Below are positions 10,152-19,803 of a stretch of DNA of 64,000 bases, in pieces. This DNA comes from Cyanidioschyzon merolae. Taxonomy: Eukaryota. Each line of letters starts with the position of its first letter. Within the stretch, counting starts at the first letter, position 1. The notes below the pieces were generated by a model. That model made no database searches and was not told where the DNA came from. It saw nothing but the letters and a program-made list of their open reading frames with translations. The position numbers and the translations under genes were made by a program. The stretch is from NCBI GenBank assembly GCA_000091205.1, contig AP006502.2. One strand, written 5' to 3'.

Positions 10152-11546
10152 ATGACGGCTACTGGGGAGAGCCAGTTTGTCGCGGTATCTGAACTCGCTC
10201 AAGGCGATAATCCTGTTGTACACGTTGAATCACTTTGTTTGCGATGCGAGAAACAGGGCGAAACGCGGCTTCTCCTTGTGCGCATACCGCACTTTCGGGA
10301 AGTACTTGTGTCCTCTTTCAACTGTCCAAACTGTGGCTGGCGAGACAGCGGCGTTCAAGAAACTGCGGAAATAGGTGAAACTGGGGTTTGCTACGAACTG
10401 GCGGTACGGACGCCAGCTGATCTTCAACGAACAGTAGTGTTGTCGGCGTACGCTTCGGTGCGCGTGCCCGAACTGGAGCTCGAGGCACCAGCTAGCGGCC
10501 GTGGGCGTTTTACCACTGTCGAGGGCCTGGTTACCCAGATGGTAGACGATCTTAGAAGTTATGTGAACGAGTGTGACAAGTTAAGCGAGGACGAAGCAGG
10601 GAAACTCCGCGTCGTCGTTTCCAGACTTGAAGCGTTCGCCGTCGACGGCGAGGGTTTCCACATCATCGTCGACGACCCCGCAGGCAACTCGTTTTTGGAT
10701 ATTCTGGACGCAGATGGCAAACCCTGTAGCTCTGGGACTATGAGGCGGTACCCACGGACGCATGAAATGAATGTTCGTTTGGGTCTCAGTGTGGATGAGG
10801 ATGCTGAACTCAATGGACGGACCTCGCGCACCTTCGATCAAGCCAGCGCGGACGGCCAGCTCACGGCAGTGGACGATGCAGCAAGTACACGCGACGCCGC
10901 ACCTGATTTCTCTCGAAGAGAAGTGCTTCGAATCTCCACAGAATGTCCCGCTTGCGGAAAAATGGGAGAAAATCGCATTCACGAAACCAACATTCCACAT
11001 TTCCGCGATATTCTACTCATTGCATTTACCTGTGAGCACTGTGGGTTCAAATCTACAGAAGTGAAACCGAGCGGCCATTGTGCTGAAAAGGGTCAACGGA
11101 TCACGCTGCATGTGCAGAGTCGCGAGGACTTTTCGCGAGATCTCATCAAGTCAGACACGGCGCGACTGGTGATACCGCAAGTGCATCTCGAATTAGAGCC
11201 GGGCACACTGGGCTCCAAATTCACCACCGTAGAGGGCATTGTGCGAGACGCACGGGAGGCTCTCGGGGACTTGCGTCGATTTGTACAGAGCGAGGACTTC
11301 AAGCCCGACGAGGTTCGACAGCAGCAGGAGCGCTTCCAAGATTTTCTTCGTCAGCTTGATATGCTGCTCGACGCACCGAATCCTCAGTTCGATCTCATTT
11401 TAGACGATCCGCTCGGTAATAGTTACATTCAGAATCCTTGTGCTCCGAATGTTGATCCCCAGCTAGAAATCGAGGAGTATGAACGCACACCGGAGATGAA
11501 CGAGGCACTCGGGATTGTTGCTCCTGCCGAAGGAGCCGGCCGCTAA
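10152..11546 (+). CDS. ZPR1: ZPR1-type zinc-finger protein (two ZPR1 modules)
   Basis: Two C4 ZPR1 modules: CLRCEKQGETRLLLVRIPHFREVLVSSFNCPNCGW and CPACGKMGENRIHETNIPHFRDILLIAFTCEHCGF; ORF 9879 starts on GTG, first ATG 10152 (MTATGESQ). Confidence 0.85.
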   Translation: MTATGESQFVAVSELAQGDNPVVHVESLCLRCEKQGETRLLLVRIPHFREVLVSSFNCPNCGWRDSGVQETAEIGETGVCYELAVRTPADLQRTVVLSAYASVRVPELELEAPASGRGRFTTVEGLVTQMVDDLRSYVNECDKLSEDEAGKLRVVVSRLEAFAVDGEGFHIIVDDPAGNSFLDILDADGKPCSSGTMRRYPRTHEMNVRLGLSVDEDAELNGRTSRTFDQASADGQLTAVDDAASTRDAAPDFSRREVLRISTECPACGKMGENRIHETNIPHFRDILLIAFTCEHCGFKSTEVKPSGHCAEKGQRITLHVQSREDFSRDLIKSDTARLVIPQVHLELEPGTLGSKFTTVEGIVRDAREALGDLRRFVQSEDFKPDEVRQQQERFQDFLRQLDMLLDAPNPQFDLILDDPLGNSYIQNPCAPNVDPQLEIEEYERTPEMNEALGIVAPAEGAGR

Positions 11547-11929
11547 TGCACCCAGAGGTTTTGGTTTTCGATGGAGCATCGCAGGACATGGATGATCGTC
11601 TGAATCGAACAGTGCCTTTTGCGCCATCGAGAAGAATCATGGAACGCAGCCCACACGACCTTGATATCATAGAGTTCCCGCGCCCGATCAGTTCTCTGAA
11701 ATTGCCGCTGCCGCCGGGTTATGCGCGCGGCAGCAGTCAGCCGTTTTATTTGGTATACACGAAGGTGGGTCGATCCGGTGAGGCGCGAGCGCTTCCATCC
11801 AGCGTGTAGAGGCCTGGAGCTCGATACATGGATTGGATGTCATATATAGAACTGGGGCAAACCTAGCTGCACCGCTGTCGGAATGAAGCGGAAAAGGCCT
11901 GTACAACAAGTGCGCAAACTAGTGTTCTG

Positions 11930-12985
11930 CACTGTGTTCCAATTATCATTTAAACCAGTCTTTACGGTTTGTGTTCCTTGGCTGGTTCCTTTTACACGCT
12001 CTCATCTCGGGGTTTAAAAATGATGGCATGCCCTTTCACATCAGATTCGTTGTCAATATTCGGAGGATAATGAAGGCAGCACTCAAGTCCCGATTTCCCT
12101 GTTTCCGGCAATTGCAAACGCGTTTCGTGTAAAGGCAAATGTTGCGATCTACGACTCTTTCTCGTATACAGCCTTGGTGCATCCTTTACAGCAGCGACAC
12201 TATGGCATGGTCAGGTGTTCCCGTATGTCCTTCAAACCTATTCCTCCGATCGCCGCCCGGTGGCGCGACAAACGCTTAGTTCGTCGCCCGGTACATGCGC
12301 TTAATGGACACAGCGGCTACCAAGATGCTCTCCTCTGTTTAAGCGCCCAGTGCCGCAGCCCACGATCACGGGCTCTTTCGGGGCCACGCACTCGGCGCGT
12401 ACGCTGTCCGCTACACACGCAAGCACACGTTGCTCCATTCGATAGAGATTTTCTGGAACGCGCTGCTGTCCATCATAGAGCAATGCTCGGAAGCGGAAAT
12501 CCACGCTGCATATCAAGTCGAGAAACGTCGTTCTGTCCAGGCTTGGCTCTGACAGAGCTCTGACGCAGTTGCCACCGAGAGCGATCGCTGCGGTGACGCA
12601 AGCCCCAGTACGAGACACGTTTCCACGCAAACGGAAGAGATGGAAGCCTCTGGCTGCATGCCCGGCAGGATGCATCAAGCTGATGTGGAATGCGGTCTCA
12701 CCGTGGGCCACACTGAGAATAGGATTTGCGTTTCGAACGGCTCGAGTATTTGAAGCGACAGTCTCAGTGACCTTGGGGCATGAGCTTGTGAACCAGTGGT
12801 TCAGAGACGACGTCGGGTATTTCTCCTGCTCAATACGACGCTGGCGATTGCTGGGCGCTCGAGCTGCCTTGAAACCGGAGATCGAAACGTGAAAAAAGCG
12901 TGATTGTAGCATGCTACGCGGGAAGAGAGAAGAAAAGCAGCGGCTTGGACGTGCGCATTGGACAATGATGCCAGATGGCTTAAAA
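11930..12985 (-). repeat. R-unit copy R1 (~1.05-kb dispersed two-ORF unit), inverted relative to R2/R3
   Basis: Reverse complement is near-identical to 27762..28700 and 30467..31330, including the conserved upstream block ccaatgc(a/g)(t/c)acgt(a/c)caa...cgcgtagcatgctacaatcacgc. Confidence 0.8.
12301..12912 (-). CDS. R-unit ORF-A, 203 aa (premature TAA from a C>T change removes the last 21 aa of the 224-aa version)
   Basis: MLQSRFFHVSISGF...TFLDLICSVDFRFRALLYDGQQRVPE...VADSVRAECVAPKEPVIVGCGTGRLNRGEHLGSRCVH*; ATG confirmed at 12912-12910. Confidence 0.5.
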   Translation of the reverse strand: MLQSRFFHVSISGFKAARAPSNRQRRIEQEKYPTSSLNHWFTSSCPKVTETVASNTRAVRNANPILSVAHGETAFHISLMHPAGHAARGFHLFRLRGNVSRTGACVTAAIALGGNCVRALSEPSLDRTTFLDLICSVDFRFRALLYDGQQRVPENLYRMEQRVLACVADSVRAECVAPKEPVIVGCGTGRLNRGEHLGSRCVH

Positions 12986-13245
12986 ACGTTTATATGAACT
13001 CGCCGAGAATCGCCTTGATTCCAGTGACGGGACGCTTTCCAGCTGCAAAGAATCGAAACAGCGACTTTTAAAAGATAACCGATAATTAAAAAGTTCCAAA
13101 CGGATGTGTAAACCCCTCATGTTGGAATTCGAATATCGAAAGTGCATATCTGACATCTCGTTCAGAAAAGCATCGAGAGACACCACCGCCTCTCGAAAGT
13201 CGAACGACGTCGCCGGCAGTGTACAGTAGTGGCAAGTGACCCGCC

Positions 13246-14748
13246 CTAGACGAAACGTCTCCGACTGACGTGCAGACGCCTGCCCGTCTTTTTGGACCGG
13301 CCATCTACTACTGCTTCCATCTTCTTCTCATATAATTCAACTTTGAGAGGTTGTCCAATAAAGTTTTCTCTTGTCAGCTCTGGAGGTCTCTTCTCCAGCA
13401 CCGCACATCTCCTTATATTGATTGCGGCGATAAAATCTCGGTTCACAAACTCCATACGTTTCTTGCCATCATTCCTTGTACTCACCAGTGCAAGCAATCC
13501 TCGAACATTCTCCCTCCTTTCCATTTCCTCTTCCGTCAGCGGCCCGTACTTTTTTATGTTCCCAGGGCTCTATTGGCAATTTTCTATCTCCACTCTCTGA
13601 AGTACGCACCCCAGTTCATGGTGTGTATACGAGGTTCGAAACTCATCAACAGGTATCGTGGCGAAACGCCTTGCGCATTCCCTGTACGTTCTTGTCGTTG
13701 GAGTTGGCGTACAACCTTTTTTAGGCGCCAAGCACCCTGCCCCGTACGCTACTACGAGCCTTTGAGTCTTGTCCTCTTTGACGGCACTCAACTAATTGAA
13801 AAAGTTGGCAAACGCCCGCTGCCTCCCACCGTATAGATTCATTCGCAAACGAGCCCACCAGGGCTTGGTATACTCCTCCCACAGCGCATCCCAATGGGCA
13901 ACACGAACTTGCATGAATTTCAGAAAAGCTTCAAAGTCCGCTCCGCGGCTCGTCACCTCGCTCAAAGCTTCCAGGTGATCCTTCATTCCTGCATTCCGTA
14001 TCTCAATTTTCTTCCTCGCATTCGTTATACCCGATTCTCGATAATATATCGCTCTCGAGAGCCTCATCAGACGCATGTCTTTCTGACGTAAGTTGCCGTC
14101 AGCACCATCTTCCGCACGCTTCGGTGCTGCGATGGTTATGATATTCGTATTCCCGGGGCCCGCGCCAACGACAAGGTCGTTATCCTGCACTTTCTGTGTA
14201 TCAGGGCCCGCCTTCTTGTTTTCTTCATGCTTCGCCGCGCCAACCATAAAGGCGTTATCCTGCACCTCCTGCATCACAGGATCCGCTTCCTTCCCATCTT
14301 CATCCTTCGTCACGTCAACGACAAGGTCGTTATCCGGCATCATCTGCGTCGCATGATCCTCCTCTTTGTTTTCTTCATGCTTCGCCGCGTCAACGACAAG
14401 GTCGTCATCCTGCACTTCCAGTGTGGCAGGTTCGGCGTCCTTCTCATCTTCATGCTTCGCCGAGGGCGGGACCAAACGATCTGCCTTCAATCGCCGATTG
14501 TGTGCACACAAGTCTACTCCATCGGTTTCGATCATCCCAGTGAATACATTTTGTTTGCTCTTTTTGAGACGTTTGAAATCGAAGATATTCTTCCAGTGCG
14601 TCTCCCGGTTTTCGCCAGTGAAGTCCTCCCTGCGAACATTGAACTCCGGACAGATCTCCCTCATGATGCCATGAGGGACGCCAGAGTCGATAGTCACAAA
14701 ATGTGACTTGGTGTTGCATAATGGAACAACGTCGAAGCGCTTCCCCAT
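13246..14748 (-). pseudogene. TnpB/Fanzor-like RuvC-family nuclease ORF, single frame interrupted by two in-frame TAG stops (at 13792-13794 and 13570-13572)
   Basis: Three listed ORFs (13792..14748, 13570..13791, 13246..13524) are in one frame. C-terminus KKRMEFVNRDFIAAINIRRCAVL matches the RuvC-III motif (N-R/A-D-x-NAAxNI) of TnpB/Cas12/Fanzor; upstream IPVDEFRTSYTHHELGC resembles the pre-zinc-finger TS motif; FVTIDSG is a candidate RuvC-I. Confidence 0.6.
14160..14440. repeat. about 4.5 tandem copies of a ~63-bp (21-codon) acidic repeat inside the TnpB-like ORF
   Basis: Peptide repeats [83 protein letters not shown]. Confidence 0.6.
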
Positions 14749-14840
14749 TAGGAGAGCCTTCCGTCTCTCCCATTCTTCATTTTTTCCTCACTCAGCTTTA
14801 TTTCCGCCTTGCGTTCGAGCTCTCGGTCCAGAAACGCGAA

Positions 14841-15383
14841 CTAACATAGGATGAGGCGATAGTATCTTTCCTTACCTTTTTTCAACTTTGATATCTTGTC
14901 TGTTGGATTCACCAGCCCCATGACTGCACGGTCTTCTTGTATAAGCGCACGGATTACAGAAGCTTCATTCGTGCTCTCTTTTGACGCCTTCTTGTCGACA
15001 AATTCGACCTCATCTTCATGCTTGCGATCGTTCGTGATGCCATTGATAATCGCCCATTTTCCTTTGCAAGAGATGCCCGAGTAGAGTGCAAACACGGCGC
15101 GTATCATGAAACGTTCGAGGTTCATTGTCAAATAGTTCTTCAGATTCGTGAGGTACTTCATCGCCCCATAGTCGTAAATATCCCGGTCACACTTGTATCG
15201 AGTACCGTTGAAGCTGTAAAAGGGATGTTTTTCGTGCAAGGCATGCACTAGCACATTTTCCCCCTGCGCTTCCGCTGTACCAAGTATCAGGTGAGGAATA
15301 AAGGTCTTATCGAAAAACACGTCCGGAATCTCGACCGTTTCCATGTACGTCACGTCTTTGTAGATCTCCCTCGCCAAATGCAT
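14841..15383 (-). CDS. hypothetical 180-aa ORF directly upstream of the TnpB-like ORF; possibly its frameshifted N-terminal (WED/REC-like) region
   Basis: ATG at 15383; ends 93 nt before the ATG of the 13792..14748 ORF in a different frame; no recognisable motifs. Confidence 0.3.
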   Translation of the reverse strand: MHLAREIYKDVTYMETVEIPDVFFDKTFIPHLILGTAEAQGENVLVHALHEKHPFYSFNGTRYKCDRDIYDYGAMKYLTNLKNYLTMNLERFMIRAVFALYSGISCKGKWAIINGITNDRKHEDEVEFVDKKASKESTNEASVIRALIQEDRAVMGLVNPTDKISKLKKGKERYYRLILC

Positions 15384-17253
15384 CAGTCCCGACGACGCCT
15401 TGACGATACTCTTAGAGTACGAGTCGACACGTTATTTTTATAGCATCTCGCAACTTTTCCCTGTAGGGATCCTTGATATGTTCAAGAAAACAGGTCTTCA
15501 CCACCATCTCGTCGTAGAGTTGTCTTCCCCGCGCAGCCTTCGACTTAGGGCATCCCCCTTTCGGTTCTTCTCCTCTTCCATTTCTTCTGGACTCGGCACT
15601 GTTCTTTGTTTATTTTTATGGCAGCTGGAGACCCTGAGCCTCCAAGATCGTGGACTTGCTTTTTCATAACTTTCCTTTTTTTAGTTTTTTTTTGAAAAAG
15701 AACACTCTTTGAACGCTTCTGTTATATTCTGCGAATAAACACTCGAGTGTTTTTACTTGAGGTTTGAAACACGACTGAGATGAAACAATATATTTTGTTA
15801 CGATTCCAATGCAAATACAAGTCTTACGTTAGAACAAAACGCTACTGATTACGATCGCGTTTCCCTTCAACGGCGACATGCGCGTCGCGTCAGTTGACTG
15901 CCTGATCTCCTTGGTGCGCTCACCGAGCGGGATGCAAACTAGTCACAAACTTTTTATCAAAGATCAACTATCTTAAAAGCCCCACACACCACGCCCGCCT
16001 AAGTGGTCCAATTTTTCCGGAGAAGCTCTGAAAGTGGGTTAACACGAATGTTTGGGCGACGAGGAAGGAAGCCCACTCCAGGGACCTTGACCGCAACGAA
16101 CGGAGGGGCAGAGGCAGTAGCAGAGAATGATGACGAGAATTCGAAGTAGTTATCCGCTGCTCTCGAAACAAGGCTGCAGGTTCGGGCGCAAATCCTGGAT
16201 CCATCCTTGAATTCGGGCTCAGTTTTATGGTCTATCTTGGTTTCTACCTCAACTTTGGAAACAATCTCGGCGGATACTTTGGAAGACGGCTGACAGCATG
16301 TTCGCCGTCGAAGCTGACATAAGCGACTTGCCCGCCTATGTGTTTGGGGAGCGGATACGAAACCGCTGAAAGGGTGGTTTGTAGACTGTTCCCAATGGTT
16401 TAGGGTGGCTTCACGCGTCCGGCAAGATAAAGGTCGCATTTGAATCGACCTTGACTAATGTACTTTTGATTCTATGCTAGCGCTGCGGCAGATACGCAAT
16501 GAACGACTGGAATGCAGGAGGCAATGGTGGCTTGTGCGCTCACATACCCCGTGGAGGGTGCATCTAAATCGACCTTCTAGTCGGAAGGTCCAGCGAATCG
16601 GATACGCACACTGGCACATTGCGCTTTCTGCGCTTACCCACTGTGGTGGGTGTCAAGCACAAACCCGCATTGCCAACCGACAACAACGCATTCCATGCAT
16701 GATCACGAAGGAGAGAGGCGGCTCCCAGAATGTATCCTAACAGCCAAGTTTCTCCAGCGTGTCGTGCAGCGAAGGCAAGCTTGCATCCGCAGACTGTCCA
16801 AGCACAAACTGACGACGAGATCCGATTCTACGTCGGGTGAAGCACACCTCGAGCCGACGCCCTCTGTGGTATAGAAAAGCTGTTCCAGCTCCATGAACTA
16901 TCTGCTCCAGCATTTAAGGTGCAAAGGCGGACACGGAAAGGCAGGTAGTAGGCACACAAAATATGACGTGTGAAACGACCAGAATATCCGAGAATAAAGT
17001 CTGGGTAATGGAGCTTGGAGGCAGGGCGTTTGATGGATACTTTACAGTGCACTGAAAAAACACAAGAAAAGTAAGAAGAAAAATGTACATAATCGGAGAA
17101 CGCTGGCCTAAGTAAACGTTTTGTCGATGAAAAAAATACGATACAACGCCAACTGGGCATACGGTTGTATCTCGGGGACGGAGACTTTCGGCGCAGATTC
17201 CCTTGCGAAAAAGCACCGCTCTCCGTACTTTTCCGGAAACTCTGGTTGGACAG

Positions 17254-19428
17254 ATGATGAACGGGGCGTGGTGGCAAGAGGCTGTGCTGGACCATAACAG
17301 GGGAGCAGCCGCGCTTGAAGAGCTCTTCGATCGGGGCACCACAAGGACACCAGGGGTCGTGCTTGCGCATGAGCGTAGGCTTCGCGAGCTCAATAGCACC
17401 TTGCACACCTGTTTGCAAAAGTTGCACGCTTTTCGTAAGGCAGCAGAGCAGCTTCCCGCAGAAGAGAGGCGTCGCTTGCTGGTAACGCTTTGGCGACAAA
17501 CCTCAATCATCCACTTTAACCGAGCACTTTTAAGGCTGTTCAACGGGGACGTGTTCGAAAGTCGCCTCGAAGCGCAGACGTCCTTTCGTTGTGCGAGAAG
17601 CGCTGCAGAGCTCCGTCTGGTCGGAATGCTAGAACCGACACCGACCATCGAGATAGAGCAGCCGCATACTCGTTTTGGTGACGACGCCGACATGATGTTT
17701 TCAACAACTTTGCCGGCGGACCTTGGTTGGTCCACTGCAGATGCCGCCCTTGCCCTGGAGCCAGCACTTTTGTTGGTATCTTTATGGATGTGTTCTGGAA
17801 ACAGCGAGGATCTAGTATCTGCGGAGATGTACTGGGAATGCAATGTAGCGCCACTGGTGAGTCTGCTGCAGAAGGCAACACCCCTATCTGACGAGCAGCT
17901 CTCAGCCAAACTTGGGAAAGTCCAAATCCTCCAGACGTTGCTAGAGTGGCGCAGAGGTTGCCGCTCCGCAGAGCACTTCAAGAAACTCTCGGGATCTCCT
18001 CAGGCGGCATACTTGAAAATGATAGGCGCATTCTTGCTTGGTGATCGGCGTGTAGCCGCTTCCACAATTGAGACATACGGGTCTGGTTACCGCCACGAGG
18101 ACGCGCTGCGGCTCGCAGAACGTGTCGACACTCGATCGCACTGCGCGAGGACAGGGTACACACCCAGGAACGGTGCACCGCGAGGTGATGCCCACGTGCT
18201 CTACCAGTCAAAGGCATTGATGCAGCGAGGTGACTGGAATGCTGCCATTCGTCTACTGAGAGCCCTCAACGAGAAAATGCTGTCAACTGTGGGTCACGTG
18301 AACGCGTCACTGGCTAGCGATCGACATGCGAGGCGAGAAATATCAGTGACGTCTCCAGATGACCCCGAGGTGCGATCACGGGGTCTCGACGAGGTGCGCG
18401 CGTCGAGCAAACCCCTCGATGAGAGCGCGAACGAGAGGCTGCCCACTAATCGACATGAATTCGTCCAAACGACATGCACGGAAGCTCGAGCACCCTCGAG
18501 CTTGATAATGACAAAGCTGGGATTTACCCAAGGAGATCGTGGCGTGGTCTGGGCATGGAAAACAGCGCCCTCCGAGGCACGTGCTCTGCTCTGTGCATCT
18601 GCATTAGCGACTGCCCTAGCGTGTGTTCGTCGATGGGATGATTGTTGGTCGGTTTATCACGAATTTCGACGCCGCTGTGGATGGAATTTATGGGCCGACA
18701 CGAGTATCAGCTTCCTACGGGGACTGGTGGATGACTGGCGGCGTACACTGCAGACCGCTCACGCACAGATGCTGCTTAGCTACAGCGAAGCGCTGTTGCA
18801 TCTGGGATTTCGAGAGCAAGCTTTGAAAGTTCTTCGCAAGTTCTGGTCACAATACGGGGAAATCGATTGGGATCCAGCGGTGCACATGCACTTGCGAACA
18901 CGCCACGCCATTCTCCAGGCAGAGTGCGCTATTCACGGTGGTGAAGCGCCTGAGACGATACGCGCCTGCCTCACTGAAGCGCGAATGCATCTGGCTGCCG
19001 GTGCCGCATCGTTGCCAGCTGCGACGCAGGGTATGCATGAATACCTTGTAGGGATGATTACGAATGCGGAGGCCTTGATTGCACTCACCAGCGGCACCGC
19101 ATGCAGTCAGTCGATCCTGGGTCTGCTGGAGACGGCCGCCAAAAAGTCTCGTTATCATACTGCCGTGGTTTACAACTTGACGCTCTTTATTTGGGCAAGA
19201 ATGGGTCACATTACGCGAGCGCTACGCTTATGGCTCCATCACCGAGGTATCGATCCGGATCACCCCAATGCCGCAGACAACGACAAGCTCAGGGCGGACG
19301 CCGCTCCAGACGCGCAGCTGGAGCCCTTCGAAACACTGACACGAGCTTGCATCGCACTGCGACAGCAGCAAATCGCCGACGAGCAGGCGCTCCAGAATCT
19401 CGACTTCCTCGAACAGATCATCAACTGA
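17254..19428 (+). CDS. hypothetical protein, 724 aa, Ala/Leu/Arg-rich, probably all-helical
   Basis: Long uninterrupted ORF; listed start 17203 is TTG, first ATG 17254 (MMNGAWWQEAVL); no family recognised. Confidence 0.5.
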   Translation: MMNGAWWQEAVLDHNRGAAALEELFDRGTTRTPGVVLAHERRLRELNSTLHTCLQKLHAFRKAAEQLPAEERRRLLVTLWRQTSIIHFNRALLRLFNGDVFESRLEAQTSFRCARSAAELRLVGMLEPTPTIEIEQPHTRFGDDADMMFSTTLPADLGWSTADAALALEPALLLVSLWMCSGNSEDLVSAEMYWECNVAPLVSLLQKATPLSDEQLSAKLGKVQILQTLLEWRRGCRSAEHFKKLSGSPQAAYLKMIGAFLLGDRRVAASTIETYGSGYRHEDALRLAERVDTRSHCARTGYTPRNGAPRGDAHVLYQSKALMQRGDWNAAIRLLRALNEKMLSTVGHVNASLASDRHARREISVTSPDDPEVRSRGLDEVRASSKPLDESANERLPTNRHEFVQTTCTEARAPSSLIMTKLGFTQGDRGVVWAWKTAPSEARALLCASALATALACVRRWDDCWSVYHEFRRRCGWNLWADTSISFLRGLVDDWRRTLQTAHAQMLLSYSEALLHLGFREQALKVLRKFWSQYGEIDWDPAVHMHLRTRHAILQAECAIHGGEAPETIRACLTEARMHLAAGAASLPAATQGMHEYLVGMITNAEALIALTSGTACSQSILGLLETAAKKSRYHTAVVYNLTLFIWARMGHITRALRLWLHHRGIDPDHPNAADNDKLRADAAPDAQLEPFETLTRACIALRQQQIADEQALQNLDFLEQIIN

Positions 19429-19803
19429 TCGCAGCGAAATATCGACGTCGCCCTGCCCGGACAATGTGCTGTGTTTCCGAAAGGCATCCGAAACCGCGTC
19501 GTCGAAGTCGGCACAGCGTGTCGAGCCCGACGAGAGCATTCCCACGAGACAAGACCTGCGTGATATCTCCGCATCTAGACTAGGCAATACGGCAGACGTT
19601 GTTGAACGACAACTGCTGTGCTGAACGCGCGGCTCGATCGATCGGCGATTCGACTCGGGCACGCGTACGTCATGCCCCCCGCCGTGTTGACCCGCTCGCA
19701 TTTATATATGTACTTACATAGCGACAGCTCGCGGTTCGCTCGGCTCCTGGCGTCTGCCACGCAGACTTGTACACCGAGTCGTTCGGTGTGGCGGCAAAGG
19801 CAC

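Larger units (their letters stand above)
13050..15400 (-). mobile_element. TnpB/Fanzor-like (IS605 OrfB family) element, near full length, decayed
   Basis: Contains the pseudogene below plus the upstream 180-aa ORF; boundaries approximate, no terminal inverted repeats identified by eye. Confidence 0.45.

Noticed and set aside
16914-17981. 355-aa minus-strand ORF overlapping the 5' half of the 724-aa plus-strand ORF. Similar antisense ORFs occur at 48600..49229 opposite CCT2, at 20244..20930 opposite the patatin gene, and at 28177..28566 opposite R-unit ORF-A.
   Set aside because: They are low-complexity, have no conserved motifs, and sit opposite ORFs with clear homology. Long antisense ORFs are expected in GC-rich coding DNA. 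For the R unit, minus-strand frames are not conserved between diverged copies in the body region.
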